Below, piece after piece: positions 52,880-60,070 of a stretch of DNA of 60,070 nucleotides. Origin of the DNA: Candidatus Spechtbacteria bacterium (GTDB lineage: Bacteria > Patescibacteriota > Minisyncoccia > Spechtbacterales > JACPHP01); contig JACPHP010000016.1 of NCBI GenBank assembly GCA_016188605.1, positions 1-60,070 of the forward strand. Direction: 5' to 3'. Position 1 is the stretch's first letter. Every line of letters starts with the position of its first letter. The translations under genes and the position numbers were made by a program. The notes below the pieces were generated by a model. That model had not been told where the DNA came from and did no database searches. It was given only the letters and a program-made list of their open reading frames with translations.

Positions 52880-53245
52880 ATGGAAAGTCGCGTCTCTACA
52901 AAAAAAAGAATATTAAGAAATCGTCGTCACAAGCGAATTCGCAGTACGATGCAGGGGACCAAACAGCACCCGCGGCTTTGCGTATTTCGTTCAAATACAT
53001 CAATATACGCGCAAATTATTGATGATGAGAAGGGTATGGTATTGGCTTTTGCAACAGATCGTAAGTTGAATGATAAAAAGAAAGAAGGTAAGGTTGGCCG
53101 CGCGGAGCGAGTAGGAGAGCAAATCGCTGAACTTGCCAAGAATGCGGGTATTAAAAAAGTGAAATTTGATCGCGGAGGATATAGATATCACGGTCGTATA
53201 AAAGCGCTTGCCGATGGCGCAAGGAAAGGAGGGTTGATATTCTAA
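52880..53245 (+). CDS. rplR: 50S ribosomal protein L18
   Basis: R..R.R......T...PRL.VFRSN..IYAQIIDD and FDRGGY.YHGR.KALA. Confidence 0.97.
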   Translation: MESRVSTKKRILRNRRHKRIRSTMQGTKQHPRLCVFRSNTSIYAQIIDDEKGMVLAFATDRKLNDKKKEGKVGRAERVGEQIAELAKNAGIKKVKFDRGGYRYHGRIKALADGARKGGLIF

Positions 53246-53343
53246 CTAAAGTTAAAAGTCACAAGTTAAAAATTATAGTATGTCGCTTCGCGGCAATATA
53301 TACATCCCCAAAGGGGATACCGACACTTTTAACTTTTGACTTT
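53246..53343. repeat. two-hairpin core module, copy e, at the non-canonical L18|S8 junction
   Basis: The core at 53272-53321 is identical to copy d. Confidence 0.9.
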
Positions 53344-53363
53344 AAATTTTGAATTTATATTTT

Positions 53364-53756
53364 ATGCATTCCGATCCAATAGCAGACATGCTTAATCGAA
53401 TAAAGAACGCTTCTATACTCCACCACGAGGTGGTGAAGATTCCGTATTCCAAAGTAAAAGGGCAACTCGCCGATTTGCTATTGGAAGAAGGTTTTTTGGC
53501 AGGAGTGGATCGCAAGAAAGACGGCGTGCGAAAATATCTTGTTATTAATTTGCGCTATGAAGGGGGTGCGTCGGCAGTTAATGGAGTTGCGCGAATCAGT
53601 AAGCCTGGGCGCCGTATGTATGTTAAGGCGGCGGAAGTTAAGCCGGTTAAGCATGGCTATGGTTGCGCGGTTATATCAACGTCCAAAGGTCTCATGACGG
53701 ATAAGCGCGCCCGCGAGAAAGGGCTTGGCGGAGAGTTTTTTTGTAAAGTTTGGTAA
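53364..53756 (+). CDS. rpsH: 30S ribosomal protein S8
   Basis: DPIADMLNRIKNA and ST..G....RA....GGE. The ATG at 53364 is preferred to the track TTG at 53349. Confidence 0.96.
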   Translation: MHSDPIADMLNRIKNASILHHEVVKIPYSKVKGQLADLLLEEGFLAGVDRKKDGVRKYLVINLRYEGGASAVNGVARISKPGRRMYVKAAEVKPVKHGYGCAVISTSKGLMTDKRAREKGLGGEFFCKVW

Positions 53757-53767
53757 AAAGGTACATT

Positions 53768-54433
53768 ATGCCAACACCACAATTATCACAATCAAGAAAT
53801 TCACAAGACCATCGTCGTATGGGGCCTGGAGGAGGAAGGGGGGGCGAGCGAAGGGGTGGGATACAGCAAAGGAGAGAACGAGGTCCGCAAACTCAAAGAG
53901 AGGGATCGCGTTTTGCGTCACAAGAATTTGAGCAAAAACTTTTACAGCTTGCTCGCGTTGCTCGTGTCACGAAAGGCGGACGACGATTTAGTTTCCGCGC
54001 GACAGTAGTTATTGGTGATCGCAATGGTCGTGTCGGGGTGGGGGTTGCAAAGGGAACTGACGTTTCCGCGGCAGTTGAAAAAGCCGTGCGTAATGCTAAG
54101 CGCGCTTTGATTATTGTCCCAATGACAAAAAATAAGACTGTTCCTTATGAAGTCATCGGCAAGCAGACTAGCGCCCGAGTATTTTTGGCACCGGCATTCG
54201 GCGGGCGTGGAATTATTGCTGGAGGCGCTGTGCGCGCAGTGTGCGACCTGGCAGGATATCGTGATATTTCAGCAAAAATTTTAGGACGCACGAGTAATAA
54301 ATTAAATAACGCGCTTGCAACCATTAAAGCATTGCAATCAATTAAGATGATGAAGCGAGGAAAGGTTACGCAAAACGAAGTAATCTCAAACGAAACGGTC
54401 GTGAGTGAGGATGAGGTTCAACTAGTAAAATAA
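53768..54433 (+). CDS. rpsE: 30S ribosomal protein S5 with an Arg/Gly-rich N-terminal extension
   Basis: VTKGGRRFSFRATVVIGDRNGRVGVGVAKG, preceded by about 50 aa of GGGRGGERRGG-type sequence. Confidence 0.95.
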   Translation: MPTPQLSQSRNSQDHRRMGPGGGRGGERRGGIQQRRERGPQTQREGSRFASQEFEQKLLQLARVARVTKGGRRFSFRATVVIGDRNGRVGVGVAKGTDVSAAVEKAVRNAKRALIIVPMTKNKTVPYEVIGKQTSARVFLAPAFGGRGIIAGGAVRAVCDLAGYRDISAKILGRTSNKLNNALATIKALQSIKMMKRGKVTQNEVISNETVVSEDEVQLVK

Positions 54434-54437
54434 AATA

Positions 54438-54519
54438 TCTAGAATACAGAATCTAGAATACAGAATGCAGGAAAAACTAACCGCAACTCCCCGTATTCTT
54501 GATTCTGTATTCTGTATTC
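54438..54519. repeat. word-built hairpin spacer (exact 14-nt tandem tctagaatacagaa x2)
   Basis: Units at 54438-54451 and 54452-54465, then ATGCAGG. The right arm is gtattcttgattctgtattctgtattc. Confidence 0.9.
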
Positions 54520-54525
54520 AAAGTT

Positions 54526-54969
54526 ATGCAGATGCACGAATTACAAAAACCGAAGACTCAGAGAAAATCTCGACGCGTGGGACGCGGCGGAAAGCGCGGT
54601 ACTTATTCTGGTCGTGGCATGAAAGGGCAAAAAGCGCGCGCGGGCGCAAAGATACGCCCGGAATTCCGTGAATTTTTTAAGCGCGTTCCGAAGCTCCGCG
54701 GCTCAAACGGCCCAACTTTTGCATTCAAAAAAAATAATGTAGAGGTGGTTTCCCTCCAGGCGCTTGATAAATATTTTGAAAAAGGAGATGTTGTATCGCC
54801 AAAGACACTGGTTGAGCACAAGGTTGCCGTTAAGCTTAACGGCCGCTTGTCACTTGTAAAGATTCTCTCTAAAGGTACAATTTCTAAAGGAGTGAATGTG
54901 GAAGGATGTTCCCTTTCAGCATCAGCACGTAAGCAGATTGTGAGTGCAGGAGGAAGCGTTAAAAACTAA
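54526..54969 (+). CDS. rplO: 50S ribosomal protein L15
   Basis: RRVGRGGKRGTYSGRGMKGQKARAG. It directly follows rpsE, with no L30 gene between them. Confidence 0.95.
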   Translation: MQMHELQKPKTQRKSRRVGRGGKRGTYSGRGMKGQKARAGAKIRPEFREFFKRVPKLRGSNGPTFAFKKNNVEVVSLQALDKYFEKGDVVSPKTLVEHKVAVKLNGRLSLVKILSKGTISKGVNVEGCSLSASARKQIVSAGGSVKN

Positions 54970-55088
54970 ACTCAAAATGCAAATCTCAAATCTCAAAATT
55001 ATGGTGTGCCGCGAAGCGGCACTATATAAATCCCGCCAGAGGCGGGATACCACAACTTTGCATTTTGAGCTTTAAGTTTTGAGATTGA
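54970..55088. repeat. two-hairpin core module, copy f (variant second hairpin)
   Basis: Core at 54998-55051: attatggtGTGCCGCgaaGCGGCACtatataaaTCCCGCCagaGGCGGGAtacc. Confidence 0.9.
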
Positions 55089-55093
55089 AACCT

Positions 55094-56368
55094 ATGTCCG
55101 TTCTACGTCAACTATTCTATACATCCGAACTTCGCAATAAGATATTTTTCGTTCTCGGCGCTTTAGCCCTGTTTCGCGTGTTTGCTAACATTCCTATTCC
55201 GGGCATTAATCCCGAGCGCCTCGCCGCCTTCTTTGCGGGCAATCAATTCTTCGGTCTTCTTAATCTATTTTCAGGCGGAGCGCTTAGCAACCTCTCGCTT
55301 ATGATGCTCGGTCTTGGTCCGTACATTACCGCAACGATTATTTTGCAGCTTTTTACAATGATATTTCCTCGCCTCAAAGAGATGTATCAAGAGGAGGGCG
55401 AGATGGGCAGGCAAAAATTCAATCAATATTCGCGCATGCTTACCGTACCGCTGTCATTATTGCAGGGGTATGGTCTTATTACTCTTTTTACGCGTCAGGG
55501 GCTCATAGATCCATTAAAACCGCTTGCTTTAGCAGCGGCTTTGCTTACTGTCACCGCCGGATCATTGTTGCTTATGTGGATTGGCGAACTTATTTCTGAA
55601 AAAGGAATTGGTAATGGCATCTCGCTATTAATTTTTGCCGGTATTATTGCTGACGCGCCTAGTTCTATTCAGCAACTTATTGCATCAGGCACGCAAGAAG
55701 ATATTCCCGGATATATCATTTTCGCCGCGCTTTCTGTAATTATTGTGGCAAGTGTTGTGGTAGTTAATGAGGCGCGAAGGAATATTCCCGTGACCTATGC
55801 TAAACGAGTTCGTGGAAATAAGATGTACGGCGGCGTTTCTACTTTTTTACCGATTAATTTGAATCCGGCAGGTGTTATTCCTATCATTTTTGCGCTTTCC
55901 ATCTTACTGCTTCCAACCATGATAGCTAGTTTTGCGGCGGCCTCTACGAATCATTTGGTGATTAGAATTTCTGAATATATAACAAAATTCTCGCAAGGAA
56001 GCTGGGAATATAATCTAATATATTTTATTTTAGTGGTGCTATTTACTTATTTTTATACCGCTGTAACTTTTGAGCCGCACAATATTGCGACAAATCTTCA
56101 GAAGCAAGGGGGCTTCATTCCGGGCATTCGTCCAGGGAATCCAACTTCGGAGTATCTTTCCTACATTTTGAATCGCACTCTTTTCGTTGGCGCGTTATTT
56201 TTAGGGACGATTGCTGTTTTTCCTTCAATAATTCAAGGCGCAGTTAATATTCAGGCCTTTCGATTTCTTGTTGGCGGTACAGCCGTACTGATTGTTGTTT
56301 CCGTAGTGCTTGAAACAGTGCGGCAGATTCGCGGCCAATTGGCGATGCGCCAATATGAAGAATTTTAA
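55094..56368 (+). CDS. secY: preprotein translocase subunit SecY
   Basis: 10-TM protein with the SecY N-terminal and GLGPYITA..I motifs. The ATG at 55094 is preferred to the track TTG at 55079. Confidence 0.96.
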   Translation: MSVLRQLFYTSELRNKIFFVLGALALFRVFANIPIPGINPERLAAFFAGNQFFGLLNLFSGGALSNLSLMMLGLGPYITATIILQLFTMIFPRLKEMYQEEGEMGRQKFNQYSRMLTVPLSLLQGYGLITLFTRQGLIDPLKPLALAAALLTVTAGSLLLMWIGELISEKGIGNGISLLIFAGIIADAPSSIQQLIASGTQEDIPGYIIFAALSVIIVASVVVVNEARRNIPVTYAKRVRGNKMYGGVSTFLPINLNPAGVIPIIFALSILLLPTMIASFAAASTNHLVIRISEYITKFSQGSWEYNLIYFILVVLFTYFYTAVTFEPHNIATNLQKQGGFIPGIRPGNPTSEYLSYILNRTLFVGALFLGTIAVFPSIIQGAVNIQAFRFLVGGTAVLIVVSVVLETVRQIRGQLAMRQYEEF

Positions 56369-56370
56369 GG

Positions 56371-56414
56371 TAAAATTAAAATAACCCCGCCATGGCGGGG
56401 TTATTTTAATTTTA
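56371..56414. terminator. strong bidirectional terminator after secY
   Basis: taaaattaaaataaccccgcc-atg-gcggggttattttaatttta. Confidence 0.8.
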
Positions 56415-56473
56415 CAAAAGCTTTATTTTATAAGAAGATATGATATTATGCGGATATAATTTCTTATTGTTTC

Positions 56474-57694
56474 ATGCCGGTAAAAAAATTTGTTCCAAAA
56501 TTAAGAAGCAAGAAAAAATACTCTTTTGCCACCAAAGCCCTTCACAGCGGCTACAAGGCGGGCGTCTGGGACGCTTCTTTAGTACCGCCTTTGTATTTGG
56601 GCGTGGCGCATGAGTTTGAAAGCACTAAATTTGCCAACGATGTATTCACGGGCAGGCGCGAGGGTTTTGTGTACGGTCGCATCAACAATCCCACATGCGA
56701 TATATTTGAAAAACGCATGGCTGAACTAGAAAACGGCGAAGCGGCAATTGGTACTGCGTCCGGTATGGCGGCGATATTTGTAACCAGTATTGCTTTATCA
56801 TCAGCCGGAGATGAAATTGTCAGTTCCGACCGCGTGTACGGCGGAACATTTCATTTATTTTCCGATACATTGCCGCGGCTCGGCATTAAGGTGAACTTTG
56901 TAAAAAATCCTCACGCGGTTTCATCATGGGAAGCGGCAATCACGCCAAAGACAAAATTTTTGTATGTGGAAACGCCATCAAACCCGGTGCTCGATGTTTT
57001 TGACATTGAAATGCTCGCAAACTTGGCAAATAAACATCACTTGCCCTTGGTGGTAGACAGCACCATCGCAAGTCCCGCGCTGACAAGGCCAATTGAGCTT
57101 GGCGCTGATATTGTAGCGCATTCAGCGACAAAATATATTTGTGGCAATTCCACTGCCCTCGGCGGGGTTATTGTAGGCAAGAAAGCATTGATTGACGGCA
57201 TTCGCGTCGGCGTGTATCGCGATATTGGCCCGACGCTTGCGCCGATGAACGCGTGGCTTATGCTTAACGGCCTTGGAACGCTTGCCATGCGCATGGAAAA
57301 TCACTCGCGCAATGCGCAAGCCGTCGCGGAATTTTTGCAAGCGCATCATAAAATTAGCCGCGTGTTTTATCCCGGGCTTTCAAATTCGCCATATCGCGCG
57401 CTTGTGGACAAGCAAATGCAAGGTAATGCGAGCGCCCTGCTTGCGTTTGAAATGAAGGGAACAAAGGCGGGATGCTCTAAATTTATTGAGGCGCTTGAGC
57501 TTACGACTCACGCCGCGCATCTTGGCGACATTAGAACCCTTGCCATTCATCCCGCATCAACGACGCATGAACAATTGTCGGCGGAAGCAAAAAAGAAAGC
57601 CCATATTTCTGATACGCTGGTGCGCATGTCCATTGGCCTTGAGGACGTTGGCGACATTATCGCGGATATTCGCAACGCGCTAACCAAAGTCTAA
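56474..57694 (+). CDS. Cys/Met-metabolism PLP enzyme (O-acetylhomoserine sulfhydrylase / methionine gamma-lyase family)
   Basis: YGRINNPTCDIFEKRMAELENGEAA.GTASGMAA, HSATKYICG (PLP-binding Lys) and VRMSIGLED. Confidence 0.88.
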   Translation: MPVKKFVPKLRSKKKYSFATKALHSGYKAGVWDASLVPPLYLGVAHEFESTKFANDVFTGRREGFVYGRINNPTCDIFEKRMAELENGEAAIGTASGMAAIFVTSIALSSAGDEIVSSDRVYGGTFHLFSDTLPRLGIKVNFVKNPHAVSSWEAAITPKTKFLYVETPSNPVLDVFDIEMLANLANKHHLPLVVDSTIASPALTRPIELGADIVAHSATKYICGNSTALGGVIVGKKALIDGIRVGVYRDIGPTLAPMNAWLMLNGLGTLAMRMENHSRNAQAVAEFLQAHHKISRVFYPGLSNSPYRALVDKQMQGNASALLAFEMKGTKAGCSKFIEALELTTHAAHLGDIRTLAIHPASTTHEQLSAEAKKKAHISDTLVRMSIGLEDVGDIIADIRNALTKV

Positions 57695-57701
57695 TCATTA
57701 T

Positions 57702-58364
57702 ATGGTTGAAGCTATCCATCCACGCATCGTTATTCTTCTTGGCCGCTCCGGGGCGGGTAAGGGAACGCAAGCAAAATTATTGCAGGAAAAATACGGACTT
57801 ACCTATATGGGGTCCGGCGATTTATTAAGGGAACGCGCGACACACGACGATTTTTCCGGAAAAAAAATTCACACCGTGCTTGCAAGCGGCGGATTCTCTC
57901 CCACAATTTTTATCGCGAAACTCTGGATGGACAAGTTTGAAGAGTTTAAGCAGTTAGAAAATTTTAAGGGCGTTCTTTTTGACGGCAGCCCGCGAAAATT
58001 ATTGGAAGCCCAGCTTATCGATCAGGCAATTGCGTGGTATGAGTGGGAGGGCGACCAACGCGTGTTCCTGCTTGATATTCCGCGTGACGTAGCATACCAG
58101 CGATTGATCGATCGCCGTATTTGCAAAGCCTGTTCGTTTGTTACTTCTATTCATGAAACGCCGGATACAAGCTGCCCAACATGTCATAATTCGTTAGATA
58201 TACGTTTTGATGATAAGCCCGACCTTATTAATTCACGTCTTGATCTTTTTGAAAGCGAAGTTGAGCCCGTGGTAGAGTATTATGAGAAGAATAATCGCCT
58301 AACACGCATTAACGGTGTTGGCGAAATTTCCGAAATATTTGAATCTATTTGTAAGTATTTATAA
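57702..58364 (+). CDS. adk: adenylate kinase, copy 1 (Cys4 lid)
   Basis: LLGRSGAGKGTQ, with lid CKAC....CPTC. Confidence 0.92.
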   Translation: MVEAIHPRIVILLGRSGAGKGTQAKLLQEKYGLTYMGSGDLLRERATHDDFSGKKIHTVLASGGFSPTIFIAKLWMDKFEEFKQLENFKGVLFDGSPRKLLEAQLIDQAIAWYEWEGDQRVFLLDIPRDVAYQRLIDRRICKACSFVTSIHETPDTSCPTCHNSLDIRFDDKPDLINSRLDLFESEVEPVVEYYEKNNRLTRINGVGEISEIFESICKYL

Positions 58365-58384
58365 TATTATTGAATCACAGCAAT

Positions 58385-59056
58385 ATGACATCGACTGATC
58401 AGAAAATTGCCGTTATTCTCCTTGGTCCTCCCGGCGCGGGCAAGGGGACGCAAGCAGAGCGTCTTGCGAAAAAATTTAGTTTACACATGGTTGCGACCAG
58501 CGCAATTTTACATGAAAAAATAAAAAATGCAGTTGATGATCCAGAAGCGCAAGAAGCAAAAAGAGTTATGGAGCGTGGCGAATTAGTAGATTCAAAACTG
58601 GTGACAAAATGGATTATTGAAGAGATCGCGCATCTTGCTGAAAAAGGCGCCAGTATTATTTTTGACGGATCGCCCCGTACGCTCTATGAAGCAGAGCAGG
58701 AATATTATGCCCTAAAAAGAGAGTATGATGATAATATTTACGTTTTTTTTATCAGTATACCAGAAGAAGAAATTATTTTTCGCAATGTACACCGCAGAAC
58801 ATGCGAGCAATGCAAGCGGTCGCTCATCTATTCCGAAGAAACCGAACGCCTTACCGCGTGTCCTTATTGCGGAGGGAAGCTTATCCATCGCGTTGACGAC
58901 GATCCGGAAGTAATCAAGGCGCGCATAGAGCAATATAATAGCCGCACTATGCCCGTAGTGAATTATTTTAAAGATAAGAAAATACTTATTGAGATAGATG
59001 GTAAACAATCCGTGGACATGGTGTTTGAAGATATTGTGGAGAGTATAATGAAATAA
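58385..59056 (+). CDS. adk: adenylate kinase, copy 2 (Cys4 lid)
   Basis: LLGPPGAGKGTQ, with lid CEQC....CPYCGG. The ATG at 58385 is preferred to the track TTG at 58370. Confidence 0.92.
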   Translation: MTSTDQKIAVILLGPPGAGKGTQAERLAKKFSLHMVATSAILHEKIKNAVDDPEAQEAKRVMERGELVDSKLVTKWIIEEIAHLAEKGASIIFDGSPRTLYEAEQEYYALKREYDDNIYVFFISIPEEEIIFRNVHRRTCEQCKRSLIYSEETERLTACPYCGGKLIHRVDDDPEVIKARIEQYNSRTMPVVNYFKDKKILIEIDGKQSVDMVFEDIVESIMK

Positions 59057-59097
59057 AAATTGTCAGCCTCTGGCTGAAAGTTTTTCATTTGTTTAAC

Positions 59098-59865
59098 ATG
59101 TCAAAAGTTATCATCAAAACTCCACAGGAAATAGAGCTGATGCGCGCGAGTGGACGTATTGCCGCGGAAATCTTGAAAGACTTGCAAGAGCACGCAAAGC
59201 CGGGCGTTACGACTATGGAACTTAACGCGCGCGCGATTGAGCTTGTTGGGCTACGCAACAAGCAGCTAGGCGGTGTGAAAGTGGCATTTAAGGGATATGA
59301 AGGTTTTCCCGCGGCAGCGTGCACTTCGCTTAATGAAATTATCGTACATGGTGTGCCAAATAAAGTGCCGTTGAAAGAGGGCGATAGTCTCGGTCTTGAT
59401 TTTGGCGTAACTTACAAAGGATGGTACTCGGATACCGCGATAACAATTCCCATTGGCGAGGTGAGCCCGGAGGTGAAGCGAATTATTCGTGTATGCCAAG
59501 AATCGCTTAATGTTGGGATTGCTAAGGCGCGCGTTGGCAGTACAACGGGTGATATCGGGGCGGCAGTGCAACAATACGTGGAAAAAGAGGGTTATGGCAT
59601 TGTGCGCAATCTGTGCGGCCATGGCGTGGGCAAAGATTTACACGAGTCGCCGGAAGTGCCTAATTTTGGCAAGCGCCACGAGGGCGTGAAGCTTGTCCCG
59701 GGTATGGTTATTGCAATCGAGCCGATGATAGTTGCAGGCAGCCCGCTTCTGCGCCCTGCTAAAGATGGCTATGGCTATGAAACAAAAGACAAATCTCTAA
59801 CCGCGCATTTTGAGCATACGGTGGCGATTACGGAGAAAGGCCCGGAGGTGTTGACGCGTATCTAA
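59098..59865 (+). CDS. map: methionine aminopeptidase, type I
   Basis: KTPQEIELMR, metal ligands D..D, GHGVG, E.M and E. The ATG at 59098 is preferred to the track TTG at 59089. Confidence 0.95.
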   Translation: MSKVIIKTPQEIELMRASGRIAAEILKDLQEHAKPGVTTMELNARAIELVGLRNKQLGGVKVAFKGYEGFPAAACTSLNEIIVHGVPNKVPLKEGDSLGLDFGVTYKGWYSDTAITIPIGEVSPEVKRIIRVCQESLNVGIAKARVGSTTGDIGAAVQQYVEKEGYGIVRNLCGHGVGKDLHESPEVPNFGKRHEGVKLVPGMVIAIEPMIVAGSPLLRPAKDGYGYETKDKSLTAHFEHTVAITEKGPEVLTRI

Positions 59866-59929
59866 GGAGGGTCGGTCCGTCCTGCGCGCCATCCTCAACC
59901 ATAGACTTATCCACACCCTACCCATCGCA

Positions 59930-59941
59930 GGGGGGGGGGGG
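59930..59941. repeat. homopolymeric G12 tract
   Basis: 12 consecutive G, preceded by cttatccacaccctacccatcgca, which is homologous to the sequence upstream of the G15 tract. TATACT lies at 59950-59955. Confidence 0.98.
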
Positions 59942-60010
59942 ATTCATGATATACTATATTCATAGGTCTGCCAGTTTATATTCTTATTCATTAAACTATA
60001 TATATATAAT

Positions 60011-60070
60011 ATGCTACCCATATTAAAAAAAAGACAAACCTGGAGCGCTATAGCCAGTATTATCATAGCA
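60011..60070 (+). CDS. start of a membrane/secreted protein gene, cut by the window edge
   Basis: ATG then MLPILKKRQTWSAIASIIIA (basic residues then hydrophobic). Only 20 codons are visible. Confidence 0.35.
   Translation, partial: MLPILKKRQTWSAIASIIIA

Noticed and set aside
49906-55093. The regularly recurring ~100-nt repeats could be mistaken for a CRISPR array
   Set aside because: The repeats are inverted-repeat hairpins separated by full-length ribosomal-protein genes, not by 30-40-nt spacers. There are no cas genes.

Overview
This 60-kb window is a chromosomal segment of a small-genome bacterium. It looks most like Candidate Phyla Radiation/Patescibacteria (Parcubacteria-like). Supporting this: L30 is missing between S5 and L15, pyrH is archaeal-type, Mfd is only 654 aa, ComEC is split, most housekeeping genes have no Shine-Dalgarno, and the code is standard. 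This placement is inference; there is no rRNA in the window.

Gene content is mainly housekeeping:
- glmS plus a GlmU-type acetyltransferase
- yvcK-like, tsaC, parAB
- rel, topA-dprA, mfd-pth
- an LCP protein, lepB, hisS, a HIT protein
- rpsU-yqeY-ybeY, ftsAZ
- split comEC, ndk, pyrH, rpmB
- a HigB/HigA-like toxin-antitoxin pair and an M50 protease
- a 21-kb str/S10/spc ribosomal-protein cluster ending in secY, a MetY-like gene, adk, adk and map
- tRNA-Leu(CAA) and tRNA-Pro(GGG)

The unusual part is the non-coding DNA.
- Almost every intergenic spacer, including about 17 inside the normally compact ribosomal-protein operons, is a long hairpin. Its arms are tandem ~14-nt low-complexity words, and they enclose conserved apical modules.
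- One module occurs six times. Its substitutions keep base pairing only in the mRNA-sense strand (C-to-U changes giving G.U pairs).
- Related palindromic elements sit in frame inside coding genes (mfd and two hypothetical ORFs). Others abut start and stop codons, or flank gene cassettes as direct repeats.
- The ribosomal-protein genes are also block-permuted relative to the near-universal order.

Other points:
- Poly-G tracts of 15 and 12 nt lie in a shared upstream element ahead of two membrane/surface-protein genes.
- The NHL/LysM surface-protein gene is compositionally chimeric.
- A ~120-nt structured element with covariation occurs twice: once as the tuf leader and once antisense between comEC and ndk.
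- A reused promoter cassette sits in a leaderless geometry in front of rpsL and rpsN.
- An unexplained ~245-nt terminator-bounded region lies between topA and rel.

All calls were made by eye from the sequence and the ORF track. No searches were run.
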